Assembly: GCA_047601445.1 (NCBI GenBank)
Contig: JASGJH010000001.1
Coordinates: forward strand, 6,656,001 to 6,720,000
Direction: 5' to 3'
From: Myxococcales bacterium
Lineage (GTDB): Bacteria; Myxococcota_A; Polyangia; Polyangiales; DASUME01
Length of the DNA: 64,000 bases
In this document: in pieces, positions 47,902-57,998 of the stretch
How the letters are laid out: the number at the start of each line of letters is the position of its first letter
Position numbering within the stretch: the stretch's first letter is position 1
Position numbers and translations under genes: made by a program
The notes under the pieces: generated by a model
The model's input: the letters and a program-made list of their open reading frames with translations, nothing else
What the model was told of the DNA's origin: nothing
Databases searched by the model: none

Positions 47902-48741
47902 ATGGCCGACCTCGTCCCTCCACCCATCACGCTTTCCGCGGAACTCGAGGAAGCTTTCGCCAAACGCGGTGCGCTGGCATCGGTGAGAGCGTTTCTCGCG
48001 CGTGCGCCGCGACCATCTGTCTACGCCAAGAGCGAGCGCGTATCGCGGGCTCCCCTCCAGCGCTGGAGCGTCACCAGGGCGCTGGGGTTTTCGGTTGCCG
48101 AGCCGGTGTTGGGACTCTTGGTGAGCAAGCTGGGCGGCACGCCATACCTGGAGCGTGACGATCGGGATTGGGGCGCGTTTCGCTTTCTCGGTCAGTTCAA
48201 CTTGGCCGAGCTGCCCGTCATTGCGCTTCCAGAGAACTTGCGCACGGGTCTCCTCGCCGTGGACTGCGTGGGTGACAATGGCTTCGTCGGATACCGGACC
48301 CGCTGGTATCCGGCCCCCTCCACCGAAAGGGCCATGGCGTCGGCCAAGGTACCTTGCGTGGGCACCTGGGAGACGCGTCTTCATTTTCGCGCCGGTTGGT
48401 CGCTCCCTGGGGGCTCCGACTGGGATGCGGCCTTGCCCGATCCAAAGGACCGTGAGCTATGGGAGCTCTGGAATGAGTTCACTCCGCCCAGCTATCTCGA
48501 GGATGATTGCGACCACCGCCTGTTCGGACACCGCAGCGCAGGACTCGACGAGCACTATGGCTTCGAGCCAGCCGCGGGTCGCTCCAGCGACATTCGTGAG
48601 TACGAGATGTTGCTGCGCATCTCCTTCGACAACCCCGCGGGTTTTCACTTCGGCAGCAACGTCCTGTACGTGATCATTCACCGCGACGATTTGGCCGAAG
48701 GCAAGCTCGAGCGTGCTGTGGTCACTGGTGCGAACGCCTGA
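47902..48741 (+). CDS. DUF1963/YwqG-like protein
   Basis: SKLGGTPY, FLGQFNLAEL, LYVIIHRDDL. Confidence 0.72.
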   Translation: MADLVPPPITLSAELEEAFAKRGALASVRAFLARAPRPSVYAKSERVSRAPLQRWSVTRALGFSVAEPVLGLLVSKLGGTPYLERDDRDWGAFRFLGQFNLAELPVIALPENLRTGLLAVDCVGDNGFVGYRTRWYPAPSTERAMASAKVPCVGTWETRLHFRAGWSLPGGSDWDAALPDPKDRELWELWNEFTPPSYLEDDCDHRLFGHRSAGLDEHYGFEPAAGRSSDIREYEMLLRISFDNPAGFHFGSNVLYVIIHRDDLAEGKLERAVVTGANA

Positions 48742-48776
48742 GCTCCGTGCTCCGGACTGAGCGCGACTCTTAGTCC

Positions 48777-49106
48777 TCAGGGCACTTTCTTCAGGGGCGC
48801 CATCTTCTTCTCCACAGCCGACTTCGCCGCGGCAGCTGCCGCTTCGTACTCGTTCCCCACCTCACAGGCCGGGTCGGTGGAATCACAGGGCTTGGCTGCC
48901 GCATCCCCTGCGGGTGCAGCGCTCGGCGCGGCTTGTGGCGCAGGCTCTGCCGGGGCGGGCGTGGGCGCGGGCTCCACAGGTGGAGGCACGGGCGCAGGTT
49001 GCGATGCAGGCAGCTCGGGCTGTTCCTTGGTACACGCTGCCAGCGAGTTCACCAGGGCGAGACAGACGGCCAGGGCGAGCACATGGAGGAGGTCTGTGGC
49101 CTTCAT
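48777..49106 (-). CDS. Small Pro/Ala-rich lipoprotein
   Basis: Lipobox LAAC followed by a PAP-rich linker. Confidence 0.6.
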   Translation of the reverse strand: MKATDLLHVLALAVCLALVNSLAACTKEQPELPASQPAPVPPPVEPAPTPAPAEPAPQAAPSAAPAGDAAAKPCDSTDPACEVGNEYEAAAAAAKSAVEKKMAPLKKVP

Positions 49107-49240
49107 GGGAGGCATTTTCCTCCACCTGGCCGGACCCAGCAAGAGCTTCGGGCATCACGGGGTTAACTCGCAAAATCAGCGCGTTGGGCAGTTCAAAATC
49201 GCGCGCAAGCCCTGTAGTGTTCGCATTTTTGGGGCCCAGG

Positions 49241-50323
49241 ATGACCACTCGCTTTCGCCATCGCGGCTTGTCGACTTGCTTCGTGCTGCTTTGGGCCGCC
49301 TGTGGTGATGAGCCTCAGGGGGCAGGCGGCTCTGCGGCGAATCGGTTCGAACCGATCGCGAGCGCCCGTTGTGAGCGCCTGATCGAGTGCGGAGATACGT
49401 CACGGCCCGCGGACGTCTGCGAGCGCGCCTCGGGGGGAGTCTTCTGCGCGGGCCTGCCGCAGAACGCCAGTCAGGGCGACATCGAGCGTTGTGCGACCGC
49501 CATCCGAGGGCAGAGCTGCAATCTGATGGATCGCGTGGCCTGGCCGCCCGGCTGCGAGGTGATCAGCAATGGTCTGACCGAATCCACCAGTGTGAGCCCA
49601 GGCGACCCGTGCTCCGTGCACGGTACCTGTGGTGCCGGGCTCGTGTGCGAAGGAGCGCAGGAGGCTTGTCTCGGTTCCTGTGTGGCCCCGCCCAGCGAGG
49701 GACAGGCGTGCAACGACTCCGAGCCCTGCGCGTACGGTACCGTCTGCACGCGCGACCACATCTGTGAAGTTCCGCGACCCAGCGGATCGGTTTGTCGGAC
49801 CGACAACGACTGCGAGCACGACTGCGTCGCCGGTGTCTGTGAGAGCCGCGAGACGCTCCTCGGTCGCGCCTGTTTTGAAGTGGAAGGACAATGCGGAGAC
49901 CAGTTGCGTTGTGCCGCTGGAAAGTGCAGCCCGTTCGCAGCGCTCGATGAGGCTTGCGAGGACACAACCGACTGCGCCGTCGGATCCGCCTGCGTGGATG
50001 GCCGTTGCGCCCTCTCCAGCGACTGCGGTGCAGGCGCGGAAGGGGAAGCTTGTGTGTGGCACGACCAGTGCGCGAAGGGCTTGCGCTGCCACGGCGACGC
50101 GCGGCGTTGCGTGCGACCGGTCTCGCTTCACGGACCGTGCCTCTTCGACGCGTTCGACTGCATCGATGGCTCTACATGCACGAACTTCACTGTGACTTCG
50201 CCGGGCACATGCGAGCCGATCCCTATGCCGGGTGCCGCCGGAGATCCGTGCACGAACTTTTGGGAGTGCAAGTCGTGGCTTTGCTCCGAGGGCAAGTGTC
50301 AGCCGCCCAATCAGTGTGAGTGA
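49241..50323 (+). CDS. Cys-rich repeat lipoprotein
   Basis: WAAC lipobox; repeated GxxCxxxxxCxxGLxC units. Confidence 0.75.
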   Translation: MTTRFRHRGLSTCFVLLWAACGDEPQGAGGSAANRFEPIASARCERLIECGDTSRPADVCERASGGVFCAGLPQNASQGDIERCATAIRGQSCNLMDRVAWPPGCEVISNGLTESTSVSPGDPCSVHGTCGAGLVCEGAQEACLGSCVAPPSEGQACNDSEPCAYGTVCTRDHICEVPRPSGSVCRTDNDCEHDCVAGVCESRETLLGRACFEVEGQCGDQLRCAAGKCSPFAALDEACEDTTDCAVGSACVDGRCALSSDCGAGAEGEACVWHDQCAKGLRCHGDARRCVRPVSLHGPCLFDAFDCIDGSTCTNFTVTSPGTCEPIPMPGAAGDPCTNFWECKSWLCSEGKCQPPNQCE

Positions 50324-50411
50324 TTCCCCGCGTCGGTTCGCCGCGTCCTGGTGCTCGCGCGCTACAAGGCTGCGCCGTGAATTCCGGGTGCTCCTGGGAC
50401 CCGCTAGAGCC

Positions 50412-51218
50412 ATGATGTCGGCGAGGGTGCCTTTGGAGCCACAGAGAAATCTCCGCGTGCAAAGTCCAAAGGGGTCGCTGCTCCTCCTCGTGTTGCTCAC
50501 ATCGTGCGCCAAGCCTCCGCCTCCAAGCGCGCCTGTGCCGGAGCCCGAGCCTGAGCCGATGCCGATGGCCATACGAAAGCCGCAGCCCCAGCCTTCATGG
50601 GGCTTGTCAGGCGTGCCGTCGTTCAGGTCTCTGCCCGATCTTCCGGTCGCGCTGGCAGGCTATGCCGACCAGGTCGCCAGCATCGAGGTCGCGTGCGAGC
50701 GCCCTACGGGCACCACCTTGGCCGAGATCAACACGTGGATGCAGCAGCGCTTCATCCCTTGGCTGCGAGACAAGTCCTCCGCCGTGATGCGCATGGAGCG
50801 CGAGCTGACCGCCGTGCACAACGTACACGCACGTCCGATCATCGCAGCCTTGATCGGCCACATGCACGAGGACGTAGCCGACGACCTGCTCTCCGTGCCC
50901 GTTCCCAGCGAACTCATCGAAGACGCCGAGCTCACCGCGGTCTTTCGACAGTCCCTCATCGACAAGGCCATGCCCAGCCTGCAAAAGGCGAAGCTCGAGT
51001 ACACCGCCTGCACGCCCGAGACGCACAGCACGTCCGCCGAACGCGAAGCGTGGGGCCGCTACTGCAAAGTGCGCGTGGAGGTCCTGGATCGCGTGCTCGC
51101 CGAAGCCGTGGCCCCGCCATCGCCAAAGCCCACGATCTTCGGGATGGAAGAACGCTATGGCATCCGGGGCGTCTGGACTCCGCCGCCGGATGCGGGCGTT
51201 GGAGCGTCGGGTAAGTGA
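50412..51218 (+). CDS. Hypothetical lipoprotein
   Basis: LLLVLLTSC followed by a Pro-rich linker and a helical domain. Start uncertain. Confidence 0.6.
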   Translation: MMSARVPLEPQRNLRVQSPKGSLLLLVLLTSCAKPPPPSAPVPEPEPEPMPMAIRKPQPQPSWGLSGVPSFRSLPDLPVALAGYADQVASIEVACERPTGTTLAEINTWMQQRFIPWLRDKSSAVMRMERELTAVHNVHARPIIAALIGHMHEDVADDLLSVPVPSELIEDAELTAVFRQSLIDKAMPSLQKAKLEYTACTPETHSTSAEREAWGRYCKVRVEVLDRVLAEAVAPPSPKPTIFGMEERYGIRGVWTPPPDAGVGASGK

Positions 51219-51261
51219 TGGTGCAGCGCGCTCGAAGGAGCGGTGGAGGCTAGGCGAGAGC

Positions 51262-51906
51262 TTACTCCGGGTCGCGCACGAGCGGCATCGCCGGCTTGCC
51301 CATCAGATGCTTCGTCGGCTTCGGCAGCGCGACACCCGAACTGCTCGGCTTCTCTGGTGCCACGCCTGCATCGCCCGACCCGCAGTCATGACAAGGAGCG
51401 GCAGGCTCCACCGCGGGCTCTCCCATCATCTCCACCACCTCGTTCGGAATCAGCACCGCGCCCGCATCCGTGACCTGCGCCGCACCCGACCCATCACCCG
51501 TGTTCCCATGCTCCGTGACCGCCACCAGCGCGCCCGTCGTCTGCTCGGGCACTGCTTCGCTCTCACAACCCACCACACTCAACATCGCCGCAGCCAACAC
51601 CGCAGCCGCAGAACGCGACCGCAGCGAACGCCGCGCCATCTCCGCATGCGTCACCGGCGTACCATCGGCCTCGAAGAAACCCCGCACACACACCTCACCG
51701 GGGCGAGCCTTGGTGAGCAACTCACGGGCCGCATCCGGCGCCATCGCCGACACATCGTGCACCTCATGATCACAACGCGCGCAGTGACGCCGCTGCGCAT
51801 CGCCCGTCATCGCCCCCCAGTTCTCCTGACAAGGACTCGGGATGTGCACCTGCAACACAGGCACGCGCCGCTTGGTGGAGGAGGGCTTCGAGGACGGGAC
51901 GCTCAT
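51262..51906 (-). CDS. Hypothetical protein with N-terminal Cys motif and one transmembrane segment
   Basis: IPSPCQENWGAMTGD..RRHCARCDHEVHDVS, VCVR, then a hydrophobic segment. Start uncertain. Confidence 0.7.
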   Translation of the reverse strand: MSVPSSKPSSTKRRVPVLQVHIPSPCQENWGAMTGDAQRRHCARCDHEVHDVSAMAPDAARELLTKARPGEVCVRGFFEADGTPVTHAEMARRSLRSRSAAAVLAAAMLSVVGCESEAVPEQTTGALVAVTEHGNTGDGSGAAQVTDAGAVLIPNEVVEMMGEPAVEPAAPCHDCGSGDAGVAPEKPSSSGVALPKPTKHLMGKPAMPLVRDPE

Positions 51907-52131
51907 GATGAGGATGCAAACGCGCGAGAGGGGCAAAGGTTCTAAGCGAGTGAGGGTGAGGCGCGGGGAGGGGGCAAGGGCGACGGTCATGGCGACCTCC
52001 CGCTCCGCGGCCCGGGCGTTCTAGAATTGGTCCAACCATCATGAAGGGGCCCATCTCGGACTCCCTACGGGCGGGCTTCAAGAGCCCAAATTGCCGTTTA
52101 AAAGCGGCGGAGTACCCCCGTTGGCCCGGGC

Positions 52132-52159
52132 TTGACTTGGAGGCGAACACGGCTATCTT
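52132..52159 (+). promoter_or_regulatory. Sigma70-type promoter of tRNA-Phe
   Basis: TTGACT-N16-TATCTT ending 22 bp before the tRNA. Confidence 0.65.
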
Positions 52160-52181
52160 GCCGCCCTCGTTACGGACCGAA

Positions 52182-52257
52182 GCCCAGATAGCTCAGTCGG
52201 TAGAGCAGAGGATTGAAAATCCTCGTGTCGGCAGTTCGATTCTGTCTCTGGGCACCA
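52182..52257 (+). tRNA. trnF: tRNA-Phe (GAA)
   Basis: 76-nt cloverleaf, anticodon arm GAGGA-TTGAAAA-TCCTC, GTTCGATT T-loop, encoded CCA. Confidence 0.98.
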
Positions 52258-52259
52258 TG

Positions 52260-52286
52260 AAAATCCCGCCTCTGGCGGGATTTTTT
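52260..52286 (+). terminator. Intrinsic terminator, probably bidirectional
   Basis: AAAATCCCGCC-TCT-GGCGGGATTTTTT. Confidence 0.88.
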
Positions 52287-52443
52287 CGCTTAACGGCTCG
52301 TCCAGGGAGTCCTTACAAGCCTTGGAAGTTTGCCGCGAGAGAAGGCGCGGAAGCGGTGAGTTGGCCGCCAAGCCGCTGTGAAAGGCCCATGTTGCACACG
52401 CTGTGCAACATAACTTCTTGAAGCAACGGAGTGCTCTTCGCGC

Positions 52444-53000
52444 TTAGAGGTGCTCGCCGATCCAGGCTCTGAGCTCCAAGTACGCGTCGTTCAGCGACAC
52501 CTGTGGACCCAAAGACATCGGACCGATGGCCGCGTAGGCGGCGCGAATGTCGGACCATCGCGAACTGTCGTCGTGCGCGAACGCGGGATGCGTTGCGCTC
52601 GGCATCTCTTTAATCTGCTTCTTGCTCCGGAGGTCTTCGGCCACGGCTTTGAGGCCCTCGTAGCCCTCCAGCGGTGCCGGCGTTGAGAACGCGCGCACCA
52701 CGCGACGGGCGTCCTCGAAGTGCCTAGTCAGCTGGCTCCAGCGTGCTTGGCATCTCGAGCAGGGTCACAGCAGGATGGACGCACCGAACACACGAATCTG
52801 CCCGGCCTCTGCCGGCATCTCGAGAGCCAAACGAGCGTTGGCGATTCGGCAGGTGCTGGTGAGCTCGCTGAAGTGCCGCGCACGCGCTGTGAGAGCTGCG
52901 TTCTTCCAGTTCCAAACGGGCGCGAGAATCCTCACGTGTCCTGGCTCGATCTTTAGATCGAGATCTTCGGAGAACCGCTCGGTGAGTTGAACCCTTGGCG
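52444..53000 (-). pseudogene. Decayed AbiEii-type nucleotidyltransferase gene
   Basis: Collinear fragments in different frames: ERFSEDLDLKI, CVHPAVTLLE, RHFEDA and a C-terminal ORF. Confidence 0.65.
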
Positions 53001-53113
53001 GGGCGTCTTTCCGAGCACACAGGCGAGTCACTGAGCTGCACGCGTTGAGTCGGCAATTTCCGTGCGCTTCTTGCCGGCATCTCCTGCGTGTCAACGGAAC
53101 GGGAACTCCGGAC

Positions 53114-55411
53114 TTACTCGAGGTCGACGGGGATGGGGGTCGGTGACCAAGAGCGACCAATTCCCAGTTCTCCGGACAGGTTCGACCCCCAGCACCAGAG
53201 CGTGGAATTGCTTCGCAGGCCGCATGCATGCCTGCTGCCGAGGGAAATGCTTTTCCAGACACCTGCCGACCCCGAACCGTCGTTGATCAAGAGGGGGGCC
53301 TGGCTGGTCACCTCGTCGAGGTTAGAACTGGCGAGAACACCGGTACGATTGTGGTTGTGGCCCCAGCAGTACAGCCCGCTGCCGAGTATGCCGCAAGCCA
53401 CGTCGTTGCTTTGGTCGACGTCACGCCAGGCAGCGGCGGGATGTGCGAGTTGGGTCTCAGCTGCGTCATTGCCCCAGGTGCGCAGCGCCCCAGCGTTGAT
53501 CCCAAGATGATCTACGAAGCTGTTGCTAGACATCGCGATGTCTGTCCATCCTACGTGGGCACCCTTGCGGGTTGGCGTGTTGTTGCCGAGACCCCAGCAC
53601 CAAAGTTCGCCGCCGGGTGTGGTGATCGCGCATGCGGCATTCTGGCCGAGGTTCATGTCGGCCCATAGGCCTGGGTACGTCTTCCACTGATCGGGCGGCT
53701 GCACGCCGTAGCCGCCGTCAAAATTGTATCCGGTGCAGGCGAGCACGCCGTCTCGGATGCCGCATCGAGTGACGTCGTCCCAATCATCTCCTGAAAATTC
53801 GCCGTAGGAGGGGGCCGCGATGGCGACACGTGTCCATTGACCTTGCTGATCGCCGTCCCAGTATGGATCGATCGCGAGCTCGCCTGGCGGGCCGCCCCAG
53901 CGCATCGGGCTTCCATCGAATATTCCGGTGGCGAAGCCTGACGGCCCCACTGCAACCTGCGTCCAGGCCGCTCCGATGTTCGCCATCTGATATGGGATCG
54001 CTAGTCGTTGCTTTTGGCTGTGCCATGGGCCCCAGCAGTACACTTGCCCTCGACGGATTCCGCAGGTGCTCCGCGTGCCTACGGCGACTTGCTGCCAGCC
54101 GTCGGTCGTCACCTGTTTCGGCTCGGTAACTAGGCCCGGTGCGAGAGCGGGGACGAGGCCGCGAGCGTTACTTCCCCAGCACAGCAGTTGGCCGTTGCGG
54201 ATGCCACAGGCGGCGTTTTCCCCGCGCGCCACCTGGGTCCATTCGGATTCGTCGCCTACCCGGAAGACACCATCTCCCAGGATGCTCGATTGGAAGCCTG
54301 CTTTTGGCTCCGCGCCGGCCTCGCCGAAGTCGTTTGAGCCCCAGCACCAGAGGCTACCGTCGCTGCGGATGGCACAGTCATCGGCGATCTCTACCCAATC
54401 GCTCCTCGTGCCCACCTGGCGCGGCGTGCCTACGTAGTCTGTGTTCCGGTCGTCGACGTCCCAGAAGGGGCTGCCCCAGCAGAAGAGGTGTCCATCCTCG
54501 ACAACGCCGCAGGTGCGCGAGGACTGCACGCCCAGCGCCACCCACTTCATGTCTGTGACGCGCTTCCAGGCAAAGTCGTACTGGCGGCCGAGGTCTCTGT
54601 CGTACGGGGTAAGGTTTCCCCTCCCGAGTTCTCCGCCGTAATTGGTCCCCCAACAGTAGAGGGCGCCAGCGGCCTCAATGGCGCATGCGTGTGAGTCGTC
54701 TACGGCGACACGTGTAAATCGCATGTCGGTCCACGACGTGGGGCCCGATGTGCCGAAAGCCTCCTTGTACTGAGGTCCCCAGCATCGCAATGTGCCGGCC
54801 GTCGTGTCGCCATGGAGTGCACAGGTCCCGAATCCCCCTGTTGCGACGGAGTGCCATTGCTGATCGGAGGAGTCCGAATCGCCGAGAGCATAGAGTGTCG
54901 GAGTCGCGAGGCGTTCCTGAGCGTAGAGTTGGCCGAAGGGGAGGAACCCGTTGTTGTAGCCCCAGCAGTAGAGACCGCCCTCGCGCGTGCCGCAGGTATG
55001 GAAGTCGCCGACGGCCACGCTGTCCCAGCCAGTGTCCTGCCCAACTCTCGTCGGAGGGAAGTTGACGACCGAATCGGAGAGAAACCCGAGGCCTAGCTGC
55101 CCATACTCGTTGGAGCCCCAGCAAAAGAGCTCTCCGCCTGTCCGAATTGCGCACGCATGAACGTCTCCCACGCTGAGCTGAGTGACTTCAGTGGAGGCGC
55201 CGGCATCTTCGACGTCAGTCGAACTATCGAGGGGGAGCGAGGCGTCGCTCGGCTCATCGTCAAGATCATCGGGTTCGCCCGCGGCATCTCCAGCGGATGC
55301 GTCGAAGCACTCTGAGGCGCTGGGAGAGCCACCTTCGCTATCGTCGGCGGAGCTGTCGCGACATCCGGAGAGGGCCAACGTAAGCAGCAGAAAGAATGAA
55401 AGAAGTCGCAT
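53114..55411 (-). CDS. RCC1-like repeat lipoprotein
   Basis: Lipobox LSGC; many HACAI..G.L.CWGSN..G.LG repeats. Confidence 0.88.
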   Translation of the reverse strand: MRLLSFFLLLTLALSGCRDSSADDSEGGSPSASECFDASAGDAAGEPDDLDDEPSDASLPLDSSTDVEDAGASTEVTQLSVGDVHACAIRTGGELFCWGSNEYGQLGLGFLSDSVVNFPPTRVGQDTGWDSVAVGDFHTCGTREGGLYCWGYNNGFLPFGQLYAQERLATPTLYALGDSDSSDQQWHSVATGGFGTCALHGDTTAGTLRCWGPQYKEAFGTSGPTSWTDMRFTRVAVDDSHACAIEAAGALYCWGTNYGGELGRGNLTPYDRDLGRQYDFAWKRVTDMKWVALGVQSSRTCGVVEDGHLFCWGSPFWDVDDRNTDYVGTPRQVGTRSDWVEIADDCAIRSDGSLWCWGSNDFGEAGAEPKAGFQSSILGDGVFRVGDESEWTQVARGENAACGIRNGQLLCWGSNARGLVPALAPGLVTEPKQVTTDGWQQVAVGTRSTCGIRRGQVYCWGPWHSQKQRLAIPYQMANIGAAWTQVAVGPSGFATGIFDGSPMRWGGPPGELAIDPYWDGDQQGQWTRVAIAAPSYGEFSGDDWDDVTRCGIRDGVLACTGYNFDGGYGVQPPDQWKTYPGLWADMNLGQNAACAITTPGGELWCWGLGNNTPTRKGAHVGWTDIAMSSNSFVDHLGINAGALRTWGNDAAETQLAHPAAAWRDVDQSNDVACGILGSGLYCWGHNHNRTGVLASSNLDEVTSQAPLLINDGSGSAGVWKSISLGSRHACGLRSNSTLWCWGSNLSGELGIGRSWSPTPIPVDLE

Positions 55412-55692
55412 GCTTGATCTCGCCGTTCGTGGTCGATGAGGTGGAGACTAGGAAGGCCGGCTCCGTGTCGTCCTACGGACCAGGGTCAATGTTGAGGGAA
55501 CACTGCGTCCGAAACGTTCGACGCCGAAGGTGCTTGTTCGCCGGGCTCTGCGACCACGCCCGTGGCGTGCCAGGGGCTTGTCCATGCGCCCGCGTTTCTC
55601 TGTATCGGACACCGCCGCGAGAAGTTGCGCGAGTGATGTCGTTCTCTCAAAGTCAGGTTACTCTGACCTCGGTCCACGCCTCAATCCACTGA

Positions 55693-55736
55693 CAATTGCG
55701 CGAAAGTCCGGTCGTCCCGCTTCATCAGCGCGATCG
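55693..55736 (-). mobile_element. Inverted 44-bp fragment of IS3 orfA
   Basis: Reverse complement matches 62492-62535 at 43 of 44 positions. Confidence 0.85.
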
Positions 55737-55899
55737 CGTGACTCATCACTTGGCTTCCTGTTGAGGCTGATGGGGTGAGCGAAGCCTCGCAGCCGCTCCC
55801 GATAGTGGGGCCGCTGTGGCCAAGGCCACGCGCTCGGTGCTCCAGCATTCACCCCTTAGGTGCCCCTCCGGCTAGGTACTATCCGCGTAAGGCACGAAC

Positions 55900-55985
55900 T
55901 GAGTTCCCCCGGTTCCGTTGACACGCACGAGAGACCCATGCGTGTTCAGAAGCAGCAGCGCTACACCGATGAGTTTAAGGGCAGA
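55900..55985 (+). mobile_element. Truncated left end of the IS3 element
   Basis: Near-identical to 62404-62489 (left IR plus the MRVQKQQRYTDEFK codons). Confidence 0.88.
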
Positions 55986-56325
55986 CGTGACGAGGCGGAC
56001 CAACGACGTGGATGGAGTCATTGCGCTCGGCATTGGCGCCGGTACGCATTGTGTTCAGCGCCCAAACCCCCAGGTTCTCCACCGGCCCCTTCTTCTTATT
56101 CAGGATGTGCGCGGCGTGCGCCGCGAAGTAGGCGGCAATCAGAGGGCGGCGCGATCCACTGCTCGGGAATCTGGCGCCAAAAGGCGTCGTTGCTTCCTCG
56201 CAGGGCAGCAAGGAGATCCTCCGGCTCATCGTACGCATCGACCTGGACAATCTCGGACAGCATGTGGAGGTCAACCTCGTGCTCGGCTGTTCAAGCAAAG
56301 CATGGTCTACACCCGCTGGATGGTG

Positions 56326-57015
56326 CTATCGGTCGATGTCCGCCCTGGCCAACGCAGAGCACCGACCGCGCGCGGCTCCCTTACGCACCTGCTCGGATCG
56401 GAAGAAGCCCTCGAGCGCGTCATCGAAATCGTCTGACGCTAACAGCTGGTCGAATTCGCGCGCCAGGTATGCACGAAGCTCCACCGGGCACGCTTCGACC
56501 TCGGTCAGCACCTCGGGCCGGCCATCCATGATGGCGATCACGTCCTCGATGTCTGCGCTCGCAAGGTAGTCGCCTCGGCCACGTCCCTTAAAGGCTTCCA
56601 TCTTGGTGGCCAGGAAGTACGGGGCGGCGATGACCCGGACGCGCACTCCTTCTCCGAGGTCGTGCCATTCGCCAGTGGCGATCGCAGCATCGTACCAGCG
56701 ATTCGAGAAGCCCAGGACGTCCACGCTCGTTGGCATGATGTCGACGGTCACGCCGTCCACGATCCAGCGGCAGATTGGAGCATCGTCGCTCATGTCCTGC
56801 TTGAAGCCCGCCCGACGCAGGTCGGTACTCAGGTCGCGGAGATACTCGAGCCGCGTCCGACGCACGATTACGTCCACATCATCCGTGGGCCTGACACCAC
56901 CCGCGGTGCGGTCCGTCAAGAGCAGCTCGACGGTGGCCCCTCCAACGAAGACGACCTGATCCAACAAGGGACCGAGGCGACGCGCGACCAGGCGCAGGTT
57001 GTCGCGCACCTTCAT
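56326..57015 (-). CDS. Predicted nucleotidyltransferase, AbiEii-like toxin candidate
   Basis: VFVGGA, RPTDDVDV (GG...DxD), VDIMP, LATKMEAF, DIEDV. Confidence 0.75.
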   Translation of the reverse strand: MKVRDNLRLVARRLGPLLDQVVFVGGATVELLLTDRTAGGVRPTDDVDVIVRRTRLEYLRDLSTDLRRAGFKQDMSDDAPICRWIVDGVTVDIMPTSVDVLGFSNRWYDAAIATGEWHDLGEGVRVRVIAAPYFLATKMEAFKGRGRGDYLASADIEDVIAIMDGRPEVLTEVEACPVELRAYLAREFDQLLASDDFDDALEGFFRSEQVRKGAARGRCSALARADIDR

Positions 57016-57527
57016 GCTGCCAGCCGTTGTCGGAGAAGAGTTTCCGCCAACTTGCGCTCGCGTGCGCGTCCAATGCGCAGCGCATCGACGAGTGCCAAGA
57101 GTTCATAGAGCTTGGGATCCTCTCGGGCCGCGCGGGGCGCCGAAGGATAGAGCGGCTCGATGGATTCACCACGGACGCTGCCCTCCTCGTCCGCCCAGAC
57201 TGGAGCGAGGTCGTCTGAGCTCGACACGATCTTGCCCGCGAGCACAGGCGCCGCGTGAGAGGTCGGCACCCCACGCGCGACGCCCGCCCGTACAGGCGCG
57301 TACGCGTACCGTGCGCCGTGCAGAACGAACTCCTCGAGCGCCGCCCGAATGGGGCGACGTTCGGATCGATTGTAGAGGCCCGAGTGGGCTGCACGCCCGA
57401 GTGCGGCATGAACCTCCGACGGACTCATGTAGAGCGACTTCGCCAGCGAGGCATAGCTCCACGGCGCTTTGCCTACGGCAGCGAGCTTGAGGAGCACGAG
57501 GAGGTCTTGGGGCTTGAGCGTGGCCAT
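57012..57527 (-). CDS. HTH-containing protein, antitoxin candidate
   Basis: LKPQDLLVLLKL, SYASLAKSLYMSPSEVHAAL, LYELLALVDALRIGRARER; ATGA-coupled to the nucleotidyltransferase. Confidence 0.75.
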   Translation of the reverse strand: MATLKPQDLLVLLKLAAVGKAPWSYASLAKSLYMSPSEVHAALGRAAHSGLYNRSERRPIRAALEEFVLHGARYAYAPVRAGVARGVPTSHAAPVLAGKIVSSSDDLAPVWADEEGSVRGESIEPLYPSAPRAAREDPKLYELLALVDALRIGRARERKLAETLLRQRLAA

Positions 57528-57773
57528 TTGCTATTCGCGAATAAAGAATACTGTGGTGAATGCCGATTTACTAGCGCTACCGAACTTGATGATGTCAAGT
57601 GGTTGAAATAACTCGGCTTTGATGCGGTGTGGGGTACTCGAGGCTGGACGCTACCTCGTGCAGTCGTGGAGCCGGAGCAGACAAGTATCCGGTCCCGGGT
57701 AACCGTCCGTAAGTCCTCGCTGGTGCTCGTCTTTGCGAGCCGAGCAACCTGGATAGTCAGACTTCTTGGACGA

Positions 57774-57998
57774 TCAGTCGTCGTCTTCAGGCGGCCAATC
57801 GGTTGGCCGGATCTGGTCGGCATGTGCTGCCGAAACAAAGACATCGTCGATCGAGGACAGGTCTTCGGCGGCAACCCGGACCCAATAGCCGTCGATGGGC
57901 GGTCGCGAGACGCGACGTCGAACAGTTCCCTTGAACTCGGTCGGCATGCCGCGAAAGCAGCAGACCCCATCGCCTGGTTTGAAGCTTCGGTCGCTCAT
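57774..57998 (-). CDS. Small hypothetical protein
   Basis: 74 aa; FKPGD.V start reminiscent of an SH3/KOW-like fold. Confidence 0.35.
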   Translation of the reverse strand: MSDRSFKPGDGVCCFRGMPTEFKGTVRRRVSRPPIDGYWVRVAAEDLSSIDDVFVSAAHADQIRPTDWPPEDDD

